From: an uncultured cyanobacterium
GTDB taxonomy: Bacteria; Cyanobacteriota; Cyanobacteriia; Cyanobacteriales; Cyanobacteriaceae
Assembly (NCBI GenBank): GCA_963749915.1
Contig: CAVVOP010000022.1
Span: 64,001 to 128,000, forward strand
Length of the DNA stretch: 64,000 nucleotides
Direction of reading: 5' to 3'
In this document: one piece after another, positions 11,661-22,545 of the stretch
How positions within the stretch are numbered: position 1 is the first letter of the stretch
How the letters are laid out: the number at the start of each line of letters is the position of its first letter
The notes under the pieces: generated by a model
What the model was told of the DNA's origin: nothing
Database searches by the model: none
Seen by the model: the letters and a program-made list of their open reading frames with translations, nothing else
Program-made: the position numbers and the translations under genes

Positions 11661-11741
11661 CAGTTATTGTGAAGCTTAGTTAAAAGTTAGCTTATTAATA
11701 AAAAAATATAACGTTTCAGTTAAGAATCTTAACTGACTTTT

Positions 11742-13889
11742 TTAGGTTTTGCCTTTGACAAGATTAGAAGTTGGTCTTTCCTTGACGCAATTAGTCACTA
11801 TGCCTAAAATTTGAGTCCTAGATAATTTTAACTCATCCAATGCTTGCTCTAAGATGGAGCGTTTTAGCTTTTCTACACTGGCAACTAACAAAACTCCGTC
11901 CGTATGGGTAGCAAGTAAATAAGCATCCGCTAATCCAAGAAGTGAAGGTGCTTTGTAGATCACTAAATCAAAGGTTGTTTGTAGTTCTTTCATTAAATTT
12001 TCCATTTTCTGAGATGCTAGTATTTTGGGACCCTCTAGAGAGCTTGAGCCAGCTGTCAAAACAAAAAGGTTATCTTCTAGTGGTGATCGCTGAATGGTAC
12101 GGTTTAAGTCTAGAGCTTCTAAAGAGATAAGATCGGTCAAACCTGGGCTCTTTGCCAACTTTAGACGCTCGTGTAAACCGGGATAGCGTAAATCGGCATC
12201 GACCAATAACACACGCTGACCCAATGTTGCCGCTGCCTGAGCAAGATAGATAGCAACTGTGGATTTTCCTTCTCCAGGTCCGGCGGAACTAATCACCACT
12301 GAGTGCATTGATGATTTTCCACTCAGAAAGCGAAGGTTCGTGTAGAGGGAGCGAAAAGCTTCAAAAAAGCCAGAAACAACAGACAGATTAGGGTTGTGCC
12401 CATTGCTCGACCCTGGATGGTAATTGACCGGATCAATCGTCAAATCAGGCTCGTCCTCCTTAATAGTGGATTTTGCTAAGTCCTTTTCAAAGGGAATGAC
12501 TCCCATTACAGGCAGTTTAGCAACCTCTTTAATTTCTTTAACAGTATATAAGCGATTGCTAAACTTATCCAGTGCTATGGCTATTCCTATGCCTAAAAGC
12601 GTCCCCAGAATCGTTCCCAATACTAGGTTTTGTTTGAGACTAGCAGAACTGGGGTAGGGTTTTGCTGGAGGAGTCAACAACCGCCACGGGGATTCCGTCT
12701 GAGCGGCCTCGATTCGCAGGGCCTCTCGTTTAGCTAAAAATTCATTTAAGTTTCCATTAGAAATCTCTAACTGTTTTTGGACTTCGGTATAATCGCGAAG
12801 AATTCCCGACAGTTGTTTAATTTCTCGATTTAAGAGGTCAATGGTGTCACTCAAGATTTTATCCCGCGTTTCCAATACCTTAATCTGACTGGCGATTTCT
12901 CTGGCTACCCTTTGTCCTTCTTGGCGAACCAAGGGCAGCAAATTTTGTCGTTGATTCTTGAGAATTTCGATTTCTGGACCTTCCTCAAAAAGAAGCACTG
13001 AATCTTTAGCAATTTGAGTGTCGATTTCAAGAAGCTGACCCAATAGAGTTTGATAACGAGTATTTTCATTCAGTGCTGGAGCTGTGGCAGATTCAGGTCC
13101 CTGTTGTGTCAACTCCTGCTGCAAAGAAGCATAGAGGGCTTTAGCTTCCTGCAGTTGTATTTGAGTTTCTAGTTGCTGCTTCCCAAAAGTACCAAGGAGA
13201 GTCGATAGTTCTTTTCCCTTCATCTCGGGATCGACCAAGTTATTTTGTTGCCGAATTTTTTGTAATTGTAGTTCTCGGTCCTTAACACGGGATTGTATTT
13301 GAGGGATTTGAGCGTCAACAAATTTAATTCCCCGAAGAACACCACTCTGACGAAGGGCTTGACTATAATCTAAATAAGCTTGGGAAACTTTTTCTAAGAC
13401 AGATTCAACTAGCTCCTTGTTTGGATTTTGGTAGGTAACGGTAACTACTTGCAGGTTTTTTCCTATGGTGTTGATATCTAAGCCCTTAAACAAATCGCGA
13501 TAACTAATTTCTGGAAATTGAGGTTGAAGATCTTGGACAATGGGATTTAAAACCTCAGAACCTTTTAAAATTTTCAGCACCGCCTCGTCTTTCAAGTCCA
13601 CCACTTCTTGTGAGTTGTCAACAGTGTCAGTGTTTGTGGAAGAAATCACCTGAGTTTCGACCGTTGTAGGCTCAATTAATATTTCAAATTGACTCGTATA
13701 TACTGGGGGATCGTTTAGAGCTTTGAGGCCAGCCAAAACTGCCACCCCAGAGGCTATTCCCACAATTAAAAAAGCTCTGCGACGCAGAATTGCTAATATT
13801 TGACCGAGGTCTAATCCTCCTTCATCATCTTCGCTGAAATGCCCAACATTAGTTGACACTCGTGGTTCATAATTTTGTTCAGCTTTCAT
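11742..13889 (-). CDS. wzc: Wzc/GumC-type polysaccharide co-polymerase with tyrosine autokinase domain
   Basis: Two TMs flanking a coiled coil, EAFRSLYTNL, GEGKST, DADLR. Confidence 0.9.
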   Translation of the reverse strand: MKAEQNYEPRVSTNVGHFSEDDEGGLDLGQILAILRRRAFLIVGIASGVAVLAGLKALNDPPVYTSQFEILIEPTTVETQVISSTNTDTVDNSQEVVDLKDEAVLKILKGSEVLNPIVQDLQPQFPEISYRDLFKGLDINTIGKNLQVVTVTYQNPNKELVESVLEKVSQAYLDYSQALRQSGVLRGIKFVDAQIPQIQSRVKDRELQLQKIRQQNNLVDPEMKGKELSTLLGTFGKQQLETQIQLQEAKALYASLQQELTQQGPESATAPALNENTRYQTLLGQLLEIDTQIAKDSVLLFEEGPEIEILKNQRQNLLPLVRQEGQRVAREIASQIKVLETRDKILSDTIDLLNREIKQLSGILRDYTEVQKQLEISNGNLNEFLAKREALRIEAAQTESPWRLLTPPAKPYPSSASLKQNLVLGTILGTLLGIGIAIALDKFSNRLYTVKEIKEVAKLPVMGVIPFEKDLAKSTIKEDEPDLTIDPVNYHPGSSNGHNPNLSVVSGFFEAFRSLYTNLRFLSGKSSMHSVVISSAGPGEGKSTVAIYLAQAAATLGQRVLLVDADLRYPGLHERLKLAKSPGLTDLISLEALDLNRTIQRSPLEDNLFVLTAGSSSLEGPKILASQKMENLMKELQTTFDLVIYKAPSLLGLADAYLLATHTDGVLLVASVEKLKRSILEQALDELKLSRTQILGIVTNCVKERPTSNLVKGKT

Positions 13890-13904
13890 CTTATAACTTA
13901 GGAT

Positions 13905-15710
13905 CTATCTATTAAAGAGATTAAATAAATTAAATGGTAGGCTAAATATTGTAACAAGCTTGCCTAATGGATTTAAGCCTTGACCTAGGGTGTCACCAAT
14001 GCCTGCTAAAGCAGAGCGACCTACAATAATCACATCATCGTTGTGAAGAGGCGGGTTTGTCTCCTCGTTGTTCCCTTGGGCTAAATCAACGGAAATTGTC
14101 CTGCTAGTAACAGTACCATTCGGGTTTAGGCGAATCAGCTCCACCGAACCCTTATTAGCTCGGTTGTTAAATCCGCCAGCTGCAAACACTGCCTGGTTTA
14201 AGAGTGTATTAGGGGGAATTTTAACCACTCCTGGGTTGGTAATTTCTCCCACTATATTAACGTCTATGGTATCGGGGGAAAAGCTAGCGGTGGCAATTTT
14301 GGCGGCTTCTTCTGGTGCTATTTCTGAGGCAGTGGGAACTATAATCGTATCATCTTCTTGCAAAACCAGATCTTGACTTGAATCCCCTTCTCGCAGAAGT
14401 TTCCCAAGATCAACTTCAATGGTGCGTTCTTTCCCACTGCTAGTAAGGCGGCGAATTTGAATTTGACGAATATTAGCACGGGGTGTGATGCCACCAGCAA
14501 CTTGAATCGCCCGCGTCACGGTAGCAACGCTTCCAGAGCCTGCGGTTCCTCCAGGTACTCCCGCTTCACCGGTTCTGGCACTACCAGTCACGGTATAAGG
14601 GCCGGGACGAAAAACTTCGCCGACAGTAGTAATATTAAGAGGTTCAGTGCTATCAGAGGCAAAACTAGCGGAGCTTAGTTGGGAAGATTCTGCTAAGTCA
14701 AGGTTCTCAACGGTGGGAACAGTTACGGTATCACCATTTTGTAGGAGTAAATCTTGTTCGAGATCCCCTTCTTGCAATAACTTCCACAAATCTATTTCTA
14801 TGGTTTGTTCTGAGCCTGTTTTTTCGACTCGATTAACCTGAATTTTACGAATATCAGCTAAGGGTTTGATCCCCCCGGCGATTTCGATTGCCTGAGTCAC
14901 CGTCTGAATCCCCTCCGAAAGGATGTGTGTCCCTGGTTCACCCACTTCTCCTAAAATAGCGACATTAATTGGCTGGTTTTTATCAGCGGAAAAGCTGGCA
15001 GAGGCTATTTGAGACGATTCTAGTAGATTAACCCGATTTGCCGTTGGCACAAAAATGGTATCTCCATCCCGGAGAATAACATCATTGGCTAGATTCCCTG
15101 TCTGGATTAATTCCCAAAGATTAACATCAATGGTTTGCTTGTTACCTGATAGTTGAGGGCGCTCGATCCTGACACGACGTAAGTCCGAGGTTTGAGTAAT
15201 TCCACCAGCTAACTTCAATGCTTGGGTTATAGAAGGAAACTGCGATTGCTCCATGGGAACGATATATGAACCGGGACGGTTGACTTCCCCGGCGATGCCA
15301 ATTCTCAATGGTCGCGGCGTTAACAAACTAACTGTCACTTGAGGTTGTTTGAGAATTCTAGCTTTCGTATAATGATTGGCAATAGCCATCGCTGCCTGTT
15401 CGATGGTCATCCCCCCAACGGAAACGCTCCCCGCTAGAGGCAAGTTAAGGGTGCCATTAATGAGAACCTCATACTCGCCACCATATTGAGGTAACTTAAG
15501 AATTTCGATCCGAATGCGATCACCCGCCCCTAAAGTATATGCAGTTTCAGGATATCTCCCATTCTGAACTGATGATACTAACTTCTTTGCCTCCCTAGGG
15601 GGGGTCGTGGCCTCAACTATTTGCGGACAAGTCGTTAGGATAGAAGATAATAGGGTGAAACCCATAAAGGGATATATGATGTGTCTGAGTAGAGGATCAG
15701 GATGAGCCAT
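13905..15710 (-). CDS. wza: Wza-type polysaccharide export protein with SLBB domains
   Basis: YTLGAGD Poly_export motif and repeated GEV..PG...A...AGG SLBB units. Confidence 0.9.
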   Translation of the reverse strand: MAHPDPLLRHIIYPFMGFTLLSSILTTCPQIVEATTPPREAKKLVSSVQNGRYPETAYTLGAGDRIRIEILKLPQYGGEYEVLINGTLNLPLAGSVSVGGMTIEQAAMAIANHYTKARILKQPQVTVSLLTPRPLRIGIAGEVNRPGSYIVPMEQSQFPSITQALKLAGGITQTSDLRRVRIERPQLSGNKQTIDVNLWELIQTGNLANDVILRDGDTIFVPTANRVNLLESSQIASASFSADKNQPINVAILGEVGEPGTHILSEGIQTVTQAIEIAGGIKPLADIRKIQVNRVEKTGSEQTIEIDLWKLLQEGDLEQDLLLQNGDTVTVPTVENLDLAESSQLSSASFASDSTEPLNITTVGEVFRPGPYTVTGSARTGEAGVPGGTAGSGSVATVTRAIQVAGGITPRANIRQIQIRRLTSSGKERTIEVDLGKLLREGDSSQDLVLQEDDTIIVPTASEIAPEEAAKIATASFSPDTIDVNIVGEITNPGVVKIPPNTLLNQAVFAAGGFNNRANKGSVELIRLNPNGTVTSRTISVDLAQGNNEETNPPLHNDDVIIVGRSALAGIGDTLGQGLNPLGKLVTIFSLPFNLFNLFNR

Positions 15711-16152
15711 AAACTTTGAATCTATTAATTAACTAGTGGGATTTGAGCCAATTTTCGGTTCTGTTGCAAAAAGTTGTGTAAGGACAAAATAATTATATAC
15801 TTATCTAATTTTTTTTAGCCTAACATCATCTTCTCCAAATTGCCACAGCTCAAAAGGTATCGAAGATACCAACGGACAACGTTGTCTAAGGTGATCGTAC
15901 TTCAGAAGTGTTGCCATTGGAAAGGTTTTTGAGGATTCATCAGGGAAATTCAGACTATGAGCATTAATTATTGCTTAATAATAGCACACTACATAACGAA
16001 TTAGATTTTTTGGTGACAGAATCGTAATCTCCAGACTGTAAATTCAGAACATATACACAAAAAGGGAGTGAACCGAAGAGAAATACGGATTTTATGGTCA
16101 CGGGGGGAAATTTAATCGTATAATAGTAGGTCTTGTCAATTTAGATAAAACT

Positions 16153-16356
16153 ATGCCTAAATTAAAAACTAAAAAATCTGCGGCTAAACGTTTTCGTATT
16201 ACCGGAAGTGGTAAAAAAATTCTCCGCCGTAAAGCCAATAAAAATCACTTATTAGAGCATAAAAGTGCAGAACAAAAACGTCGTCGTTTAAGCAATCTTG
16301 CTTTGGTGGACGAAAGTAACGAGAAGGAAGTTCGTTTAATGTTGCCTTACGCCTAA
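16153..16356 (+). CDS. rpmI: 50S ribosomal protein L35
   Basis: [14 protein letters not shown]. Confidence 0.98.
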   Translation: MPKLKTKKSAAKRFRITGSGKKILRRKANKNHLLEHKSAEQKRRRLSNLALVDESNEKEVRLMLPYA

Positions 16357-16402
16357 AAAATAATTCTAAATCCCCTTAAATATTTAATAATTGTAAAGAA
16401 AA

Positions 16403-16753
16403 ATGACGAGAGTAAAAAGAGGTAACGTCGCCCGAAAAAGACGCAAGAAAATTTTAAAGTTGGCTAAAGGTTTCCGTGGTTCTCATTCTAAGCTATTTCG
16501 CACAGCTAATCAACAGGTAATGAAGGCTCTTCGTAATGCTTACCGGGATCGTCGTAAGAAAAAAAGAGATTTTCGTCGCTTGTGGATTACCCGTATCAAT
16601 GCGGCCGCCAGAATACATGGTATTAGCTACAGTCAGTTAATTAATAAATTAGATAAGGCTAATATTGCCTTAAATCGCAAAGTGTTAGCACAGTTGGCCA
16701 TTCAAGACGCTGAAGCGTTTCAAAAAGTAGTTGAGCTAGCGATTAAAGCATAA
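16403..16753 (+). CDS. rplT: 50S ribosomal protein L20
   Basis: [26 protein letters not shown]. Confidence 0.98.
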   Translation: MTRVKRGNVARKRRKKILKLAKGFRGSHSKLFRTANQQVMKALRNAYRDRRKKKRDFRRLWITRINAAARIHGISYSQLINKLDKANIALNRKVLAQLAIQDAEAFQKVVELAIKA

Positions 16754-16777
16754 TTGTAACTATTCTACTTAATCCCC

Positions 16778-16815
16778 CACGCTCATCAAATCAAAAGATC
16801 GGGCGTGTTTTTTTT
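16778..16815 (+). terminator. Intrinsic terminator of rpmI-rplT
   Basis: CACGCTC...GGGCGTG stem followed by T8. Confidence 0.7.
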
Positions 16816-16915
16816 CTACATTTTCAAGGAACAAAAAACCCTAATTGCGGATTCTTATGTCAACTGATGATAATATATTGTGTGCAGTTTTTGGGTAGAA
16901 AATAAATAAATAAAA

Positions 16916-18130
16916 ATGGCAAGTGATAATTTTGCATGGTTGTATAGGGGCATTAGTGAGATTTTCCCGCATCAACCAGAATCTGATAATATTAACGATA
17001 ATTTAGAACAACTTTGTTTAAAAAGCGATCGTCCTTTAAGGGTAAAATTAGGGATTGATCCCACAGGTACGGATTTACATTTAGGGCATAGTATTCCATT
17101 TCGTAAACTAAGAGCATTTCAAGATCAAGGACACACCGCCGTTGTCATTATAGGAGATTTCACCGCCCAAATTGGCGATCCGACGGGTAAAGATAAGGTG
17201 AGAAAACAACTCACTCCCGAGGAGGTGAAACAAAATGCCGAAACTTATCTGAATCAATTACGCCCTATTTTAGATTTTGAGACCCCCCATCGCCTAGAAA
17301 TCCGGTACAATTCCGAGTGGTTATCGAGTCTCACTCTTGCCAAAATTCAGGAGTTATTAGCTACCATGACAGTACAACAAATGTTAGCGAAGGAGGGTTT
17401 TAATAACCGTTACACCCAAGAAACTCCCATTTATCTCCATGAATTGCTTTATCCTTTGATGCAAGGTTATGATTCTGTTGTTGTAAATACAGATATAGAA
17501 TTAGGGGGTACAGATCAAAAATTTAACATCGCCGTCGGTAGAGATTTACAGAAATATTTTGGACAAAAACCACAATTTGGTGTCTTATTGCCTATTTTAA
17601 TAGGTACGGACGGGGAACAAAAAATGTCTAAATCCCTTAACAATTATGTGGGTTTAAAAGAAGATGCTTTATCCATGTATTCTAAACTGGAAAAAATCCC
17701 CGATTCTCTGCTTCCTAATTACTTTGAATTATTAACAGATTTACCCTTAACCCAAATTCCCGAAAATCCGAGAGAGGCACAAAAATTATTAGGTGTGGAA
17801 GTAGTTTCTCAATATCATGGCAAAGATGCCGCTTTAACGGTGCAAAAAACAGCATTAGAAATCGTCAGCAACCAAAATTTGGCTGATGTGGAAGCTGTAC
17901 CTGAATTTTCCTTAAATAACGTGGGATTTCCCGCTAAATTATTTTATATTCTCAATGCCAGTGGTTTGGTCAATAGTAGCGGCGACGGTAGAAGGCAAAT
18001 TCAAGGGGGTAGTGTACGTTTAGACGGCGATCGCATTACTGATCCTGATTTCACAGTAGAAAACCCATGGGAATTAGCCCATAAAATTTTGCAAGTTGGC
18101 AAGAAAAAATTCGTCCGTCTAGTACTATAA
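16916..18130 (+). CDS. tyrS: Tyrosine--tRNA ligase
   Basis: GIDPT..DLHLGH, GGTDQ, KMSKS, C-terminal S4 domain. Confidence 0.97.
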   Translation: MASDNFAWLYRGISEIFPHQPESDNINDNLEQLCLKSDRPLRVKLGIDPTGTDLHLGHSIPFRKLRAFQDQGHTAVVIIGDFTAQIGDPTGKDKVRKQLTPEEVKQNAETYLNQLRPILDFETPHRLEIRYNSEWLSSLTLAKIQELLATMTVQQMLAKEGFNNRYTQETPIYLHELLYPLMQGYDSVVVNTDIELGGTDQKFNIAVGRDLQKYFGQKPQFGVLLPILIGTDGEQKMSKSLNNYVGLKEDALSMYSKLEKIPDSLLPNYFELLTDLPLTQIPENPREAQKLLGVEVVSQYHGKDAALTVQKTALEIVSNQNLADVEAVPEFSLNNVGFPAKLFYILNASGLVNSSGDGRRQIQGGSVRLDGDRITDPDFTVENPWELAHKILQVGKKKFVRLVL

Positions 18131-18222
18131 ATAATTGCTTTTTAAAGATTAATAAATGTTAAGATATATTAAGGAGTCGATCCTTTGACTTCTGCAATAA
18201 ATACTATATTTTACATTAAGGT

Positions 18223-19461
18223 ATGAATCTTCAAGTATCACCCATAATTAATGTCTCTACTAGCCAAAAATTTGATTTAGTCATTGTCGGCGGTGGTATC
18301 GTTGGCACGACTTTAGCGGTGGCTTTGAAAAATACGGGCTTAAAAATTGCCATCATCGAAGCTCAAAGTTTAACAATGGCTAAGAGTAGAAAACAAGCCT
18401 ATGCGCTTTCGATTTTAAGTAGTAAAATTCTTGATAGTCTTGGTGTTTGGGAAGATATTTTTCCTCATGTCGGCAAGTTTAAGCATATTCGCCTCAGTGA
18501 TGCTTTTTCCCCTCTAATAGTTAAATTCAAAATAGAAGACTTACAAACGGATTATCTGGGTTATGTCGGCGAACATCCTTACATTTTATCGGCGTTACAA
18601 AATGCCAGTTTACAATCTTCTCGCATCACTTGGTTAGAAAATGCCCATGTTATTAGCATTGATCAACAAGATTCTCATAACCTAGTCAAAGTCAGTTATC
18701 AAGATGAAGAAATTACCCTTGAAGCTAAGTTAATTATAGGTGCCGACGGTTCTAAATCCTTCGTTAGACAACAGGCAAATATTAATACTCACGGCTGGAA
18801 ATATTGGCAATCTTGCGTCGCTTTTACCATCAAACATTCCGCCAAGACTAATGATACTGCCTTTGAGCGTTTTTGGGAAACGGGTCCTATGGGTATTCTT
18901 CCCCTCCCTGATAATCGTTGTCAAATCGTCTGGAGTGCACCTCATAAAATCGCCCAAGAGTTAGAATCTCTCCCTGTGGCTGAATTTATCAGCCGTCTTC
19001 AACATCATACCGAAGGTTTATTAGGAACATTAGAATTGGTGAGCGATCGTAACTTATTTCCAGTACAGTTAATGCAAAGTGAGACTTATGTAAAACCGAG
19101 ACTCGCATTAATCGGTGATGCCGCACATTGTTGTCACCCTGTGGGAGGTCAAGGTTTAAACTTAGGTATCAGAGACTGTGCTGCCTTAGCGGAAGTATTA
19201 ACTCAAGCCCATCAGGAAGGGAAAGATATTGGGGATTTATCCATATTAAATCAATACAATAATTGGCGAAAACAGGAAAATTTAGTGATTTTAGGTTTTA
19301 CTGACTTCTTAGATCGATTTTTCTCTAGTAATCTCTTGCCGATTATCGCTATTCGCCGTTTAGGTTTATTAATGATGAGAAATATTCAACCCCTAAAACT
19401 CTTTGCTTTACAGTTAATGACGGGGTTAAAAGGCAGAAAACCTTTACTCCGTTGGTATTAA
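18223..19461 (+). CDS. UbiH/COQ6-family FAD-dependent hydroxylase
   Basis: GGGIVG, GADG, GDAAH..HPVGGQGLNLG. Confidence 0.88.
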   Translation: MNLQVSPIINVSTSQKFDLVIVGGGIVGTTLAVALKNTGLKIAIIEAQSLTMAKSRKQAYALSILSSKILDSLGVWEDIFPHVGKFKHIRLSDAFSPLIVKFKIEDLQTDYLGYVGEHPYILSALQNASLQSSRITWLENAHVISIDQQDSHNLVKVSYQDEEITLEAKLIIGADGSKSFVRQQANINTHGWKYWQSCVAFTIKHSAKTNDTAFERFWETGPMGILPLPDNRCQIVWSAPHKIAQELESLPVAEFISRLQHHTEGLLGTLELVSDRNLFPVQLMQSETYVKPRLALIGDAAHCCHPVGGQGLNLGIRDCAALAEVLTQAHQEGKDIGDLSILNQYNNWRKQENLVILGFTDFLDRFFSSNLLPIIAIRRLGLLMMRNIQPLKLFALQLMTGLKGRKPLLRWY

Positions 19462-19532
19462 TGCCAAACATGGTTTACGGCGAAGTAATGGTGATCAACG
19501 AAAAAAAGTTTTTATATTATCACCATTAATTT

Positions 19533-20870
19533 TTATAAAATCTCTCTTCCTAATAATAATTTTCTCACCTCTAGCATTGCGGAATAGGTGGGAATAATAT
19601 ACAAAGTTTCGTTGACTGCTGTTAATTCTAAGGCTTTATTTACAGCTTGGGAAAGGTTTTCTTCTACTATTAAATTCATGGCAGAACCAAGGGTATCAAG
19701 ACTATATTTTAATCTCAATGCCATGTCATAAACTCGATCGCCACTTACTACTATATTACCACCGGTTTCTACTAATTTTTCTGTATCTACATCCCAAATC
19801 CAAGAAACATCGGTACCATCAGGAATACGATCATTTAAAACCATTAAAATCGTACCAGACAAGTTGACTTTTTTAATATCATTTACTGCCCTAATTGTCT
19901 CATTCATACCCACAGGATTTTTAGATAGTAAAATGCGGATTTTTTTATGATTAATTGTTAATTCTTCAGCCCTACCAAAAGCGGCTTTAAAATTATTAAT
20001 AGTCTCATTAATAATCTCCCTTTTGATGCCGATAGTTTCCGCTAATAATCCTGCCGCTAGAGTATTATATTTGTTATAAACTCCGATTAAAATTTGTTGC
20101 CATTCTTGACTATTAACCGATAATTTACTTTTTCTAAAGTCACAATTTGGGCAGTTATAATCACCTAGATGAGATAAATAAACTCCTTGATAATGAAGAG
20201 AAGTCCCACATTTTGGACAATAAATAGAATCTACTGCATGGGGGATTTTTTCCAAGTATAATTCTGGCTCATTTAATCCAAAAAATAGGACTTTTTGTGA
20301 TAAATTTTGACCTAAATAACATAGGGTTGGATCATCCCCATTAATAATAATAAATGTCTCTTTATTTAAAGGAGCGATCGCATTTTGCCAACGATAACTA
20401 ATAGTATCAACTTCTCCGTAACGATCGAGTTGATCTCGGAATAAATTTAAGGCTAAAATATGGGTAGGCTCACATTGTTTTAAGGCTAAAGGTAAAACGT
20501 TTTCATCTACTTCCAAAATAGCATAGTCAGCGGTCAATTTTCCCCATAAATTGCTGTTGATTATCAAACAAGTAACTAGGCCATTAATTAAATTTGCCCC
20601 TGTGGAATTATGAATAATTTTATAACCGTCATTAACCAAAATATCTTTTAATAATAAGGAAGTAGTTGTTTTACCATTTGTGCCGACGACTAAGATTAAA
20701 CCTTGTGTTAATTGTTGAGATAAAAGATATAGTAATTGAGGATATAAACGCCCCGCAATTTCACCAGGTAAAACACTAGCCGCACCTAATTTCAGTGACC
20801 TAACTAAACCCGTAATTATTTTTGCAATAGCAACGGCTAATCCTAAACGTACTCTATCAAATATATTCAT
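19533..20870 (-). CDS. murT: MurT-type Mur ligase family protein (DUF1727)
   Basis: GTNGKTTT, NLFRDQLDRYGE, CPKC/CPNC Zn finger, KNPVG, DVSWIWD, PTYSAML. Start moved to MNIFDRV. Confidence 0.85.
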   Translation of the reverse strand: MNIFDRVRLGLAVAIAKIITGLVRSLKLGAASVLPGEIAGRLYPQLLYLLSQQLTQGLILVVGTNGKTTTSLLLKDILVNDGYKIIHNSTGANLINGLVTCLIINSNLWGKLTADYAILEVDENVLPLALKQCEPTHILALNLFRDQLDRYGEVDTISYRWQNAIAPLNKETFIIINGDDPTLCYLGQNLSQKVLFFGLNEPELYLEKIPHAVDSIYCPKCGTSLHYQGVYLSHLGDYNCPNCDFRKSKLSVNSQEWQQILIGVYNKYNTLAAGLLAETIGIKREIINETINNFKAAFGRAEELTINHKKIRILLSKNPVGMNETIRAVNDIKKVNLSGTILMVLNDRIPDGTDVSWIWDVDTEKLVETGGNIVVSGDRVYDMALRLKYSLDTLGSAMNLIVEENLSQAVNKALELTAVNETLYIIPTYSAMLEVRKLLLGREIL

Positions 20871-20921
20871 ATTAATTTTATTTTTATAGAAATTAATTAT
20901 CAACCGTCAATTTTTTGTTGT

Positions 20922-21887
20922 TCAAGATTCAGTTTTGATTATGAATGAAGGGTCTCTTTCTATTATCCTGAGTAAGTCATAATAATCATCATTTACTTGG
21001 GGAATTTTCGTAATAACACTAGATTTATAATCACCATCGTAACGATTTTTTACTTCTTCGGAAATTCTTTTAAAAATTTTTTTATTAACGCATAAGGCAC
21101 CATCATTATTAGTATTTGGTAACATAATCATTAACTGATTTTCTTGATAATAGGCAGCTAAATCTGTAGGGCGTTTAATTTCTTCTTGAATAATATTAGC
21201 AATGGCAACAATTATATTATTACTCAAATCTTCAGGAGAATTGATCGCTATTAAAATTAAAGAAAGGGGTTTTTTTTCACGGATCAATATACGCCATTCA
21301 TAATCTAAACAATCTATAAATGAAGAATATTTTGCCAATCCAGTTACTTCATCTAATACCTGAAAATTTCCTAGTTCTTCTTGTATAATCCTCCATTGAT
21401 CATAAACTATATATCTTTCGATCGCCACTACTAATTGATTAATAATTTCCCCAATAGTGTCAATTTCTTCCGATTGCCATTCTCGTAAATAATTATAATC
21501 ATAAATAAATAAAATGCCCCATAATTTAATATTACTAACTTCGATAATTTCTGGTGTTTTCATAACAATAGGAACCGCTAATTCTGCCCGTTTTAAGGGC
21601 ATAGTGTCCTCATCAACATTTTCAGAATTATGAGTATAGTAATTGTTGGATTCGTTATTCAGATAAGATATTATTTTTTGATCAATTTGATAATTTTTAG
21701 ATTGATGTTTAGCAAATTTTTGAAAAACATTCCCTTCGTAGTCAATAATTTTTTCTTGTTCTCCTGTAGAATCAAACTTAGAAATAAAAACTTGTTCGCA
21801 GTTTAAATAATTTTTAATAATGGCTAGAATTTTTGGACAAAATAATTCATAATTGGTGGATAAAAAAAAAGGTTCAGTAACATTCAT
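20922..21887 (-). CDS. GAF + degenerate GGDEF protein
   Basis: GAF motifs (LAVPI, LWG, REWQSEE) then DEVTGL...EW...PLSLIL...RPTDLAAYYQENQL. Confidence 0.75.
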   Translation of the reverse strand: MNVTEPFFLSTNYELFCPKILAIIKNYLNCEQVFISKFDSTGEQEKIIDYEGNVFQKFAKHQSKNYQIDQKIISYLNNESNNYYTHNSENVDEDTMPLKRAELAVPIVMKTPEIIEVSNIKLWGILFIYDYNYLREWQSEEIDTIGEIINQLVVAIERYIVYDQWRIIQEELGNFQVLDEVTGLAKYSSFIDCLDYEWRILIREKKPLSLILIAINSPEDLSNNIIVAIANIIQEEIKRPTDLAAYYQENQLMIMLPNTNNDGALCVNKKIFKRISEEVKNRYDGDYKSSVITKIPQVNDDYYDLLRIIERDPSFIIKTES

Positions 21888-22001
21888 AATAAAATAATTT
21901 ATTCTTCATAAGATATTATTTATTCCAAGAAATAACTACATTGATAATTATGATCATGTCTTTTTATTGTTAATTGTTAATTGCCATTTGCTCATTTTTT
22001 G

Positions 22002-22454
22002 TTAGCTATTGGTAGGAATTAGATTTAAATAAGCATCAAAATCTTTAATTGCTTCTGTATATTGCTCTTTAACTAAAGAAGCATTACGATCTTTAGCGGC
22101 GGCATCAATTCTTTCAAAATGTCCAAATAATTCTCTAGCTAAATTTTGGGCAGATTTTTGATCTTTAGGTAATAATTTTCGTGAAGCAATAGCCATTTCT
22201 TGACGTAATCCGCCTAATGGGCCATGAATAAAAGTTCTTGTATTTACCCAATTTTCGGCGTCAATAAATTCTTTAAGAGTAGCCATATTTTCCCGTGCTA
22301 AAGCAATAGGTTCACGGTAGGATTGTAGTTGTGCTACTTTTTCAGGACTGTAAACAGTTGGAATTTTAGCTTGGCTAGGGCCACTACAGCTAACTAATAA
22401 AGTTGTGACGAAAACCAATACTAAGGAAAGAATCGGACGGAATAATCTCATCAT
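22002..22454 (-). CDS. psbQ: Photosystem II lipoprotein PsbQ (CyanoQ)
   Basis: Lipobox LVSC, NW...FIHGPLGGLRQEM. Confidence 0.93.
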   Translation of the reverse strand: MMRLFRPILSLVLVFVTTLLVSCSGPSQAKIPTVYSPEKVAQLQSYREPIALARENMATLKEFIDAENWVNTRTFIHGPLGGLRQEMAIASRKLLPKDQKSAQNLARELFGHFERIDAAAKDRNASLVKEQYTEAIKDFDAYLNLIPTNS

Positions 22455-22545
22455 TCTATACTTTTATGTTATTTATTGTTGATACTCTATTGTCTATTGT
22501 CCATTATCCCTTGTCAATGAAGAAGTGAAGCAACAATGTTTTTCA

